Shown: piece after piece, positions 47,841-56,755 of the stretch | How the letters are laid out: each line of letters begins with the position of its first letter | Numbering within the stretch: the stretch's first letter is position 1 | DNA from: Candidatus Hadarchaeota archaeon | GTDB taxonomy: Archaea; CAYQAE01; CAYVLA01 | NCBI GenBank assembly: GCA_964621445.1 | Contig: CAZUNO010000002.1 | Location: 32,001 to 96,000 of the forward strand | DNA: 64,000 nt | Direction of reading: 5' to 3' | Translations under genes and position numbers: made by a program | Notes under the pieces: model-generated | Database searches by the model: none | What the model was told of the DNA's origin: nothing | The model's input: the letters and a program-made list of their open reading frames with translations, nothing else

Positions 47841-48656
47841 TTAGCCCCCCGAGGCTTCAGCCGCCCTCTCCTGGCTGGACTCCACCCTCCTAAACACGAA
47901 GAACCAGAAAACGAAGATCCAACCTATAAAGAACACGAAACCAAAATAGTCATGGAAGGTCTTCATGGCCTCAAACCCTATATAATAGGTTATGAGAGAA
48001 AGAACCACTATCCTCACTATATTGGCCGAGTAGGTCCCGGCCGCCCCCACAAGGAAGTAAACGCTACCCATCTTCTTGTCCATCCTATCCCTGAGATCAA
48101 CCAGCATCATGGCGAAGAAAGCCAGGAACAGGAAGGAGGAATGGATCCCCGAACAGGCCTCAGTAACCAGAAGGGTCACCGGCCGAGAGTGGTCGGGGGC
48201 TGAAAGAACTATCTCGTTTCCTGCTCCCGAAAAGGGAATACCCATCATGCTCAGCACCGCCCTGGAAAAATACATCACGTTTCCAAGCCAGGCCCTGCCG
48301 AAAGAGGTCTCCAGTATGTACTTATCGAATCCAATGGTTATCAAGAAATAAAAAACCAGAACCGGGGTAACGAAGAAGTAAAGCAAAGTCCGATAACGTA
48401 GCAGAAAATCGTACTCCCGCGACAGATAGCGATAGGCCAGGAACAAGGAACCGATCCCCACAAAAACCAAGCCGGACGCAACAGCCAGATCAGAGGAACG
48501 AACACGCTGGAAAAGGACGTATGAAACAAGCGCAAAAGCCAGGTACCCATAACCGAGGATCGAAACCTGAGAGAACGACACATTCTCCTTTATGGCGGAG
48601 ACCGGCCTCATAGAGATGAAGGACAGCGTATATCTAATAAATGGCTTGCGAATCAC
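47841..48656 (-). CDS. Archaeosortase/exosortase-family transpeptidase
   Basis: Polytopic protein with the triad motifs VTEACSG (Cys), ANIVRI (Arg) and FHDYFG (His). Confidence 0.9.
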   Translation of the reverse strand: MIRKPFIRYTLSFISMRPVSAIKENVSFSQVSILGYGYLAFALVSYVLFQRVRSSDLAVASGLVFVGIGSLFLAYRYLSREYDFLLRYRTLLYFFVTPVLVFYFLITIGFDKYILETSFGRAWLGNVMYFSRAVLSMMGIPFSGAGNEIVLSAPDHSRPVTLLVTEACSGIHSSFLFLAFFAMMLVDLRDRMDKKMGSVYFLVGAAGTYSANIVRIVVLSLITYYIGFEAMKTFHDYFGFVFFIGWIFVFWFFVFRRVESSQERAAEASGG

Positions 48657-48662
48657 TTTGGT

Positions 48663-49520
48663 TTATAAATCCAACCAGGGCCGGAGTAGAAATGTGCAAA
48701 ACAGCAGACAGCCAAGAGGAATTGCTATCACTATTACCAGGGGCAGGTCTCTCTGGGGCAGGGTACCTGCCTTGATTATCTTGATCGCTTCTGGGTCAGT
48801 AACCCCCTTCTCCTGCATTTTTTCTAGCAAAGCGGTGAGTTGCCAATAGTACGAGGTGAAACTCACAAATGCCGTAAACTCGCTCTCGACCCCTTCTGGA
48901 GGGCTATCCAGCTTGACCGCTTCCCGGTAAGCATCTCTAATGGCCATTGCCTTCTCCCGGTTTTTGCCTATCACGGTTTCATAACTGGGATAATCAAACA
49001 CCGTATTCCCCACCACCATGTACGAATCGCCCTGGATAACTATGGTTTTGCTAGGCATGAAATTGTATTGAGAACCAGAAACTGCAGATCTCACACCCAC
49101 CAGGCAGAGCATCACTATTGAGAAATATACCAGATCACGCCAGGCCGCATTCCAGCCCTTTCTCGAGGGGCACCTAAGGTAGATCAAGGCGATGACGCAC
49201 ACTAATAGTGCCAAAGCAGAAACGGTCACCGGGGGGTCCAGCAGGCCATTGCCGAGGCGGAACTTCTGGCCCAAGAGGTTCAGAACATCGTGGAAAAAAA
49301 ATAGATTGAGCAACGGCCCGGTGTCCAATTTCCCGTCTCCGTAAAGCCGAGTTATTTGTGGAAATACCGCCAGGGACCCCAGTGTGGACACGACTACTGC
49401 CACTCGGTAGGAACTGATCTCGGGGTTATCCTCCTCCCTCCTCTTTGGAATAGAAATTCCAAAGATGATCAAGCAACACCCCACGATCGCGCCGAAAAAG
49501 AAATGCGCGAGAGGATTCAT
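48663..49520 (-). CDS. Membrane protein, N-terminus resembling membrane metal-dependent hydrolases (degenerate)
   Basis: LAHFFFGA, LAVFPQ and NLFFFHDVL; several TM helices, a soluble loop and a C-terminal TM. Confidence 0.5.
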   Translation of the reverse strand: MNPLAHFFFGAIVGCCLIIFGISIPKRREEDNPEISSYRVAVVVSTLGSLAVFPQITRLYGDGKLDTGPLLNLFFFHDVLNLLGQKFRLGNGLLDPPVTVSALALLVCVIALIYLRCPSRKGWNAAWRDLVYFSIVMLCLVGVRSAVSGSQYNFMPSKTIVIQGDSYMVVGNTVFDYPSYETVIGKNREKAMAIRDAYREAVKLDSPPEGVESEFTAFVSFTSYYWQLTALLEKMQEKGVTDPEAIKIIKAGTLPQRDLPLVIVIAIPLGCLLFCTFLLRPWLDL

Positions 49521-49631
49521 TGAAATGAAGCAGCCGACTGGGCTGATTAATATTTCACCGGCATTAAATCAAAGGTAATAGCTTCAAATCCACGGGCTCT
49601 CGATACATTTAAGAGATAAATCGAGCCCCGT

Positions 49632-50897
49632 TTGCCTGGGATGGGCCGCAAGAAAATAATCATTCTAGGTATGGGTAGGATAGGGCTACCCACTGCTGCA
49701 TGTCTAGCCAACGCTGGTCACCAGGTACTTGGAGTCGATATAGATCAACGAAAGGTTGCCGATATCCGCGAGGGGAGGATAGATGGCAAGGAACCTGGAT
49801 TATCCGAAATGGTACTATCGGCCATGGAGTCGGGGACCCTCCGCATTTCAACGGAGCCGGTCCGGGGCGACGTATTCCTGCTTTGCCTGCCCACCCTGCT
49901 CAAGGAGGATAGGACATGTGATCTATCGGCCATTTCCTCCGCGATGGACTCCATATCAAATGTCATCTCGCCGGGCAATCTGATTATCCTGGAATCCACC
50001 GTGCCGGTACATACCACCCGGGATTTCCTGATACCTGGGCTGGAAAAGAGAGGAGTGGACACCTGTAAGGTGCTCTTCGCTTATGCCCCGGAGAGAATAA
50101 TGTCGGGAAGAATGCTGGAAGAGATAAGGAAGGATGACCGGATAATCGGTGTCACAAGTGAAAAGGCTGCAAAACTAGCCAGAGAGGTGTACGAGAGCTT
50201 CGTTGAGGGGGACATTTTCATTACCGATACCTCCACGGCCGAATTGGTGAAGCTCGCGGAAAACACCTACAGAGACATAAACATAGCTTACGCCAACGAG
50301 GTCGCCCTCTTCTGTCAGCGGGAAGGGATCGATGCCCGACGTGCAATAGAGCTGGCCAATAGGCATCCCCGGGTTGAGATACATCGCCCAGGACCCGGAG
50401 TTGGAGGCCACTGCATACCCGTGGTCCCTCATTTCCTGGCCCAGAATAATAGCTACGATATGATGATAAAAGCGGCGAGAAAAGTAAACGAATCCATGCC
50501 GAGATATATAGCCAACATGATAACCAGGACCATAAGCGGAGCGGAGCAACCAAAGGTCTCCCTTATGGGCATGGCCTATAAGTCCGGCTCAGGGGACACC
50601 GTAAACAGCCCGGGATTACAGATTCTGGAGCATCTCCAGGGTGAGAGGATGGAAATTCTCCTATGCGACCCACTTGTAAGAAACCAGGAAATGGACCTTG
50701 TGGAAATGGAGGAGGCCCTTTCATCGGACTGCATCGTCTTTCTAGTCGCCCATCAGCAATTCAAGGAAATTGATCCACCCAAACCCAAGAAGGCCATGGC
50801 GACCGTCATAGATACCGCAAACTGCATAGAGCCGCGGAAATGGATCCGGCAAGGCTGGAAAATTAAACGTTTCGCATCCAAGAATCCTAAGGCTTAA
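49632..50897 (+). CDS. Nucleotide-sugar dehydrogenase (UDP-HexNAc 6-dehydrogenase, WecC/WbpA-like)
   Basis: GMGRIGLP, ESTVP, APER, KLAENTYRDINIA.ANE, PGPGVGGHCIP. Confidence 0.9.
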   Translation: MPGMGRKKIIILGMGRIGLPTAACLANAGHQVLGVDIDQRKVADIREGRIDGKEPGLSEMVLSAMESGTLRISTEPVRGDVFLLCLPTLLKEDRTCDLSAISSAMDSISNVISPGNLIILESTVPVHTTRDFLIPGLEKRGVDTCKVLFAYAPERIMSGRMLEEIRKDDRIIGVTSEKAAKLAREVYESFVEGDIFITDTSTAELVKLAENTYRDINIAYANEVALFCQREGIDARRAIELANRHPRVEIHRPGPGVGGHCIPVVPHFLAQNNSYDMMIKAARKVNESMPRYIANMITRTISGAEQPKVSLMGMAYKSGSGDTVNSPGLQILEHLQGERMEILLCDPLVRNQEMDLVEMEEALSSDCIVFLVAHQQFKEIDPPKPKKAMATVIDTANCIEPRKWIRQGWKIKRFASKNPKA

Positions 50898-52008
50898 CCC
50901 GGGCAAAGCTCAGCATCAAGGTCAAATCCCTATCGACATCAACCTGAGCCACCACGAACTTCTTCTTTACGCTGGCCGCCAACCTGCCCGCTCGAACGAT
51001 CTCCGTTGGCGTGATGTTGGCATCCTTGGGGAACACGTGGATCATAAAGGGGGCGTGGTCGATGCCGGGGCCGTATTCATATACCGCAAAATCCACTCCG
51101 AATTTCATTCCGGATTTTACGATCATTCCCGAGTCCTTCAATCCCTTATAAACCTGGTATCTCTCTCTGAAGTTCTTCTCCCTTGAACCTCTATCCATTA
51201 GATCCTGAGGACTCAGCTCCCTTTCCCCCTCCTTCAACTCCACCCTTCCCTTCTCGGTCAGGTAAAGGGCCTCGATGAATGATAATGTGATGGGCCTTTC
51301 AAAGGTCATGGACTTGGGTTTCCTGAGGCCTATCGGCTTTCCGAAATATCCTTCCTTGTAAAGACTGAGAGCCCCCGTGTGATCCCAAACCACCATCATG
51401 GGCCCCACCAGATCCGCGGAGTCACTCCTATCGGACGGTTCCTCCTCCATAGAGTTGGCATCGAATCTCCTGATTTCGTAGTAGGAGACCTCTCCCTCCT
51501 CATCAACCAGGGCCAGGTAAACTCCCTTTTTGTACCTTGCGCTCAATGATAGCAGTTTCTGAAGCTCGTCGAGGGGTATTCTCTTCTTGCGGGAGAATGA
51601 GGCAACAATATGAGAACAGGGCCTGGAGGGTTTCTCGTAGAAGAAAAGGTAAGGCATGTCATGCATTCCGGCCCGGACCTTTCTACCTTTACTCCTCAGA
51701 TCTCTGTATACCAGATATTTTAGGAATAACATGGGGTCGGATTGCCGCCCTCCGTGGAGCAATTCCTGAAAACTTACCTCTTTTCCCTCCTCAAGGACCT
51801 CGATGATACCCCGGCTTTGAAGATTTAGGGCTGCCACCTTTGGAAGAAGCACCCCTCCTCTTTCGGAGAAACCATATCCCATTTCCCTAAGAGGTGCTCC
51901 GTCCTCCACGAAGACCCCATCTGCCTCCATATTGGCCACAAAAACCTCTTGCTCCTGGGAACCCTCTTCGCCGATCTCTTCATCTACGTCTTCGCGCAAT
52001 GGATACAC
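50887..52008 (-). CDS. endA: tRNA-splicing endonuclease, fused structural + catalytic units
   Basis: N-unit YLVYRDLRSKG...LALVDEEGEVSYY; C-unit KSGMKFGVDFAVY..GPGIDHAP, RAGRLAASVKK (Tyr/His/Lys triad); insert GYFGKPIGLRKPK. Confidence 0.93.
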   Translation of the reverse strand: MYPLREDVDEEIGEEGSQEQEVFVANMEADGVFVEDGAPLREMGYGFSERGGVLLPKVAALNLQSRGIIEVLEEGKEVSFQELLHGGRQSDPMLFLKYLVYRDLRSKGRKVRAGMHDMPYLFFYEKPSRPCSHIVASFSRKKRIPLDELQKLLSLSARYKKGVYLALVDEEGEVSYYEIRRFDANSMEEEPSDRSDSADLVGPMMVVWDHTGALSLYKEGYFGKPIGLRKPKSMTFERPITLSFIEALYLTEKGRVELKEGERELSPQDLMDRGSREKNFRERYQVYKGLKDSGMIVKSGMKFGVDFAVYEYGPGIDHAPFMIHVFPKDANITPTEIVRAGRLAASVKKKFVVAQVDVDRDLTLMLSFARVKP

Positions 52009-52171
52009 CCTGGTGTGAGGATGACTAAAACTCGAATTCCGGGCTAGAAGTCATGCTGAACAATGCCCAGACGTTTCATGGAGCCCAAATCGGGTATTAA
52101 ATCTTTTCAGCTGCCAGAATTTGGCATCGATTTGGAGAGATATTTCAACCGTATTCTTAAGGCGGTTCCAG

Positions 52172-53962
52172 ATGAGGATAGCCATAGTCGATCCCGAAAG
52201 ATGCAAGGGCGACAAGGATTGTCCATACCTCTGTCTCAAATTCTGCCCTGGCGTAAGAATGGGCGACGAGACCATAATTATCGATGAAGATACGAAAAAA
52301 CCAGTTATTAGTGAGAGTCTTTGCTCCGGGTGTGGCATCTGTGTAAATAAATGCCAGTTCGACGCCATAAACATCATAAACCTTCTTGAACCCCCGGAGG
52401 AGGGCGAGGTCCACCGCTATGGAAGGAACGCCTTCAGGTTATTCGGCCTCCCACTTCCAAGGGAGGGTAAGGTGGTCGGGGTAATCGGCCAGAACGGGAT
52501 CGGGAAGACAACCGCCATAAAGATTCTGTCAGGGGAGATGAAACCCAATCTTGGTGACTTTGATGGAGGCGAGAAGAACTGGGAAGATGTTTCTCGCTTC
52601 TTCAAAGGCTCCGAACTACAGAGCCATTTCGAATCCCTTTCCAAGGATGGTCTGAAACAGGCAATGAAACCCCAGTATGTGGGACAGATACCCAAGATTG
52701 CCCAAGGCACCGCAGGTGATCTGCTTGAGGATGCCGATGAGAGGGGAGTTTTCGATGAAATCGTGGAGGGACTGGATTTCGAGGAGGCACTGGAAAAGGA
52801 CGTGGCTAGTCTCAGTGGTGGTGAACTCCAGCGACTTGCCATAGGAGCCGTTCTCGGTAAGGCGGCCGACATATTCTTTTTTGATGAACCAACCTCCTAC
52901 CTCGATATCTATCAACGGCTGAATACGTCCAAGATGATCAGAGGTCTGGCCGAAGAGGGAAGATCGGTGCTGCTGATAGAGCATGATATGACCTCGCTGG
53001 ACTACATGAGTGATTACGTCCACCTTCTGGTAGGAGAGCCGGGCGCATATGGACTCGTCTCTGATATCAGGTCGGTGGGCGTGGGTATCAATACCTACCT
53101 GGATGGATTTCTTTCCCAGGAGAACCTGAGAATTCGTGAAAAGGCCATTAGATTCAAAATTCATTCCCCCATTGCCTTTCAAGAGGGGAAGCTGTTGACA
53201 TCATTTTCCGACCTTCAAAAGGACTTCGGCGATCAGTTCTCCCTGAAGGTACATGGGGCCGATATACACAAGAGCTCAGTGATAGGAGTTCTAGGTCCCA
53301 ATGCCATAGGCAAATCCACCTTCATAAAGATGCTCGCTGGTGAGGTTAAGCCCGACCAGGGTAAGGTCGACAGAACACTCAAAATAAGCTACAAACCACA
53401 GTACCTAACCGTGGAGAAGGAGGAAAGGGTCAGAGACCTACTTTGTCGGGTGGGGAAGGAAAGGTTTGATACCTCAATCTACAAGACCCGAATTCTTCGT
53501 CCCCTTGGAATAGATAGGATGCTGGACCTCATGCTCCCAAACCTCAGCGGGGGCGAGCTACAGAAGGTCGCTGTTACCGAGGCCTTGACCAGGGAGTCGG
53601 ACCTGATGGTACTGGACGAACCAACGGCTCATATCGATGTCGAGGACAGGCTTACCCTATCCAAGGTCATCCGAAACTTGGTGGAGCGTGAGGCCAGAGG
53701 GTGCATAGTTGTGGATCACGATACGCAGTTTCTTGATGTGGTCTCCGATAGTCTAATGATATTCGAGGGCATTCCTGGACTGAAAGGCACGGGCAAAGGG
53801 CCTTTTAACAAACGAGAAGGCATGAACAAGTTTCTGAAGGAGATGGAGATAACCTACAGAAGGGATTATCGCACCGGGAGACCCCGGATAAACAAGGAAG
53901 GAAGCAAGTTGGACAAGGAACAGAAACGAAAGGGCGAGTATTATTACCTACCAGGCGGCTAG
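52172..53962 (+). CDS. rli: Ribosome-recycling ATPase ABCE1/RLI
   Basis: MRIAIVD..RC...C...C..FCP and C.GCGICV.KC.F FeS domain, two ABC domains, ITYRRD..TGRPRINK.GS.LD.EQK..GEYYY. Confidence 0.96.
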   Translation: MRIAIVDPERCKGDKDCPYLCLKFCPGVRMGDETIIIDEDTKKPVISESLCSGCGICVNKCQFDAINIINLLEPPEEGEVHRYGRNAFRLFGLPLPREGKVVGVIGQNGIGKTTAIKILSGEMKPNLGDFDGGEKNWEDVSRFFKGSELQSHFESLSKDGLKQAMKPQYVGQIPKIAQGTAGDLLEDADERGVFDEIVEGLDFEEALEKDVASLSGGELQRLAIGAVLGKAADIFFFDEPTSYLDIYQRLNTSKMIRGLAEEGRSVLLIEHDMTSLDYMSDYVHLLVGEPGAYGLVSDIRSVGVGINTYLDGFLSQENLRIREKAIRFKIHSPIAFQEGKLLTSFSDLQKDFGDQFSLKVHGADIHKSSVIGVLGPNAIGKSTFIKMLAGEVKPDQGKVDRTLKISYKPQYLTVEKEERVRDLLCRVGKERFDTSIYKTRILRPLGIDRMLDLMLPNLSGGELQKVAVTEALTRESDLMVLDEPTAHIDVEDRLTLSKVIRNLVEREARGCIVVDHDTQFLDVVSDSLMIFEGIPGLKGTGKGPFNKREGMNKFLKEMEITYRRDYRTGRPRINKEGSKLDKEQKRKGEYYYLPGG

Positions 53963-54492
53963 TCCAGGCCCAAAACTGCAGCAACTTCCGAGAGCGAAAA
54001 GAAGTAATTGGAATCCTTATTCAAGTTGTAATCGGTTCTCAGCAGATAGGAATCAATACCTAGCTCCTTGCTGGGCAGTATATCCCTCTCATAGCTGTCG
54101 CCGACCATTATTACGTCCTTGTTACTGGCCCCCAGTTTAAACATGGCGTACTTGATCGGGGTTAGATCCTCCTTCTTCGCCTGTACAAGGGATGAGGTAA
54201 CCACCACATCCATGTATTCATCTATATTCAGATGCTCAATTATACCGGCGAGGCATTCCTGTATATGGTTGCAAACGACGCCCACCTTGATGTCATTTGC
54301 CTTGAGCTTCTTGAGGAGGGGTATGAGCTTAGGGTTAAGCCGCAGCTCCTCATCGACATATTTCTTCACCTCAGACATGTCCCCGTTGACCAGGTAGAGG
54401 TCAATCACCTTATTACGCACGATATCCGGGTGAAGTCCACTGGCAGAGTTCCACAACGTCCCGCCTGCATCAAAGAAAACGGCCTTTGTCAT
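53959..54492 (-). CDS. HAD-superfamily hydrolase
   Basis: AVFFDAGGTL, VVCN, MVGDSYERDI. Confidence 0.85.
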   Translation of the reverse strand: MTKAVFFDAGGTLWNSASGLHPDIVRNKVIDLYLVNGDMSEVKKYVDEELRLNPKLIPLLKKLKANDIKVGVVCNHIQECLAGIIEHLNIDEYMDVVVTSSLVQAKKEDLTPIKYAMFKLGASNKDVIMVGDSYERDILPSKELGIDSYLLRTDYNLNKDSNYFFSLSEVAAVLGLD

Positions 54493-54537
54493 CCCGAGGT
54501 TAACTAGATTGAAGGTGCAGAAAAATATTTTGATGTC

Positions 54538-54960
54538 TTAGCCGATGGAGAACTCTATTTCCCGCCCCAGGCGATCATATGCCTTCACATCCTTCCTGGA
54601 GTATGGATTTGCCATTATGAAATGAACCAATCCCCTTTTCTCGAAGAAATGAACATCGGCTCTCGACGGGTAGGGGTTCGACCCGGGATGACTGTGAGCG
54701 GAACCAATGGTTTCGATCATCGGCGGGAGCATCCCGATTTTCATGAGGACGTTGTCCTTTCCCAGATAGGCTCGAGGTAACACGAATCCCTCCACTCTCA
54801 GAACCTCTTGCTCGAGACCTCCCTCAAGAAGGGCTGCGAATTCACGGGGATGGGCCTTTTTTGCACCGCCCAAAAGGTCATCCAACACCTCGTGTTCAAT
54901 GACCACCCTTACGGTAGGTCCCTTCTCTCCTCCGAACAACCTATCCAGGAACCCTAGCAT
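54538..54960 (-). CDS. JAMM/MPN+ metalloprotease
   Basis: HPREF and GSAHSHP...PSRAD (E-x-HxH-x7-S-x2-D). Confidence 0.9.
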   Translation of the reverse strand: MLGFLDRLFGGEKGPTVRVVIEHEVLDDLLGGAKKAHPREFAALLEGGLEQEVLRVEGFVLPRAYLGKDNVLMKIGMLPPMIETIGSAHSHPGSNPYPSRADVHFFEKRGLVHFIMANPYSRKDVKAYDRLGREIEFSIG

Positions 54961-55010
54961 TTGTGAATGGGAGGGTACTCCAGCTTAAATATTGGATAGA
55001 TCAGGCCCCT

Positions 55011-56699
55011 TTACCCATTCTCTGTTTCATAGGGCCAGGCCAATAATCCACCCTCCATGACCTTTACATTTTCGAACCCTGCGCCATGAAGGATCCTGGC
55101 CGCCTCGTATCCTCTCAGGCTGATCTTGCACATAGTCACCAAATCCTTATCCCTTGGGAGCTCGTCCAACCTATCCCTCAACTCGCCCAGTGGTATAAGG
55201 GTGGAGCCCGGTATTTGGGATGTCTCATATTCGCCCTTGCTCCTAACGTCCAATAGGAGAAAGTCCTCCCCAGCATCAAACTTTTCCTTTACTTCGAGCA
55301 CCGATATTCCATCAAAGAGCCCATCGATCTTATTACGGGCCACATTGGCCAGAGTAATCAGGGGATCCATCGCCGAGGAATAGGGTGGTGCGTAACCCAG
55401 ATCCAGATTTGCCACCTCGTCGATGGTCATATCATTCATTATTGCAGCCGCGGCGACATCCATCCTCTTTACCACGCCTCCGGCACCGATTCCCTGTACC
55501 CCCAGAAGTCGTCTGGTCTTGGTCTCCACTATGGCCTTCAGTATTATGGGCTTGGCCGTCGGGAAGTAGTGGGCCCGATCCGGGGAGGCAATTACCGCCG
55601 TCGTAGTGTTTAGGCCCAGCTCCTCGCATCCGCGGGTGGTGAGCCCGCTTCTGCCCACGTTTTGGTTAAACACATTCAGGACATTTGTTCCTACAATGCC
55701 CCTGAAGATCTCCTCCCCCCCAGCAACATTAGTTCCGGCTACCCTGCCCTCCTTATTGGCCACGGACCCCATGGGCCAGAGCATGAGCTCACATACGAAT
55801 GAGGCCAGGTGTTCAACACAGTCCCCAGCCGCGTATATGTCCGGGTCCGAGGTCTGCATATGGGAGTTTACCCTAATCCCTCCACTCTCACCTATTTCCA
55901 GGCCAGCATCCCTGGCCAGGCCCACCACGGGCCTCACCCCGACGGCAACAAGCACGAATTCGGTGTCAATCTCCTTCCCGTCATCGGTTACCACCTTGCG
56001 GACGCGGCCATTATCATTGCCAAGGAACTTCTCTACCTTACTATTGGTGTGTATGGTTATGCCTTCCTCCCTCAGTGATTTTTCAAGTTGAAGGGTTAGG
56101 TCAGCATCCAGTAGACCAGGAAGCAGATGTGGCTGCATCTCGACAATTGTCACGTGCTTACCACATTCGCGGACTGCTTCCGTCATTTCACAGCCTATTA
56201 GGCCTCCTCCGACGATGGTAACCCTGTGGCAGGCCTTGGAAAAGGCCTCGTGAAGGGCGGCCGCGTCGTCGGGGTCCTTGAGTTGGGTCACGTTTTTCAG
56301 GTTAGCCCCATCAATTTTGAGTTCTATCGGTTCCGACCCGGTAGCTATTACCAGTTTGTCGTAGGGCACCTCGGACTTATTTCCGTCCCCGACGTTCTCG
56401 CAGTAAATAACCTTTTTCTCACGGTCGATTTCCAGCGCTTTTGTCCGGTTAAGAGCCTTTATGTCCTTAGCCTTGGCAAAGAATTTAGGGTCTCTCATCA
56501 CGCCAATTGGTGTTGAGATAAGCTCCTTCTTGTCCTTTACCACTCCAGAAATCCAATAGGGAAGTCCACATCCAGCATAGGAAAGTATCTCCTCCTTCTC
56601 TATGATGGTGATATCGGCTTCCGGATCCACTCTGCGCGCGCGAGCCGCGGCCTTTGGTCCAGCCGCAACTCCACCGATTACTACAATCTTATTTGGCAT
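55011..56699 (-). CDS. CoA-disulfide/persulfide reductase with a C-terminal rhodanese domain (CoADR-RHD/Npsr-like)
   Basis: GGVAAG, SYAGCGLPY, GGGLIG.E, YAAGDC, YAPPYS, rhodanese LDVR...CKISLRG...GGLLAW. Confidence 0.9.
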   Translation of the reverse strand: MPNKIVVIGGVAAGPKAAARARRVDPEADITIIEKEEILSYAGCGLPYWISGVVKDKKELISTPIGVMRDPKFFAKAKDIKALNRTKALEIDREKKVIYCENVGDGNKSEVPYDKLVIATGSEPIELKIDGANLKNVTQLKDPDDAAALHEAFSKACHRVTIVGGGLIGCEMTEAVRECGKHVTIVEMQPHLLPGLLDADLTLQLEKSLREEGITIHTNSKVEKFLGNDNGRVRKVVTDDGKEIDTEFVLVAVGVRPVVGLARDAGLEIGESGGIRVNSHMQTSDPDIYAAGDCVEHLASFVCELMLWPMGSVANKEGRVAGTNVAGGEEIFRGIVGTNVLNVFNQNVGRSGLTTRGCEELGLNTTTAVIASPDRAHYFPTAKPIILKAIVETKTRRLLGVQGIGAGGVVKRMDVAAAAIMNDMTIDEVANLDLGYAPPYSSAMDPLITLANVARNKIDGLFDGISVLEVKEKFDAGEDFLLLDVRSKGEYETSQIPGSTLIPLGELRDRLDELPRDKDLVTMCKISLRGYEAARILHGAGFENVKVMEGGLLAWPYETENG

Positions 56700-56755
56700 G
56701 CTCGAGATCACTCTTCTACTAAACGCCTAGGCTGTCAAATTCGCTTAAAACGATT

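Noticed and set aside
52014-52059. GTGAGGA...CTGA between endA and rli as a possible C/D sRNA
   Set aside because: The C box is imperfect, there is no convincing D'/C' pair, and the region must hold two divergent promoters.
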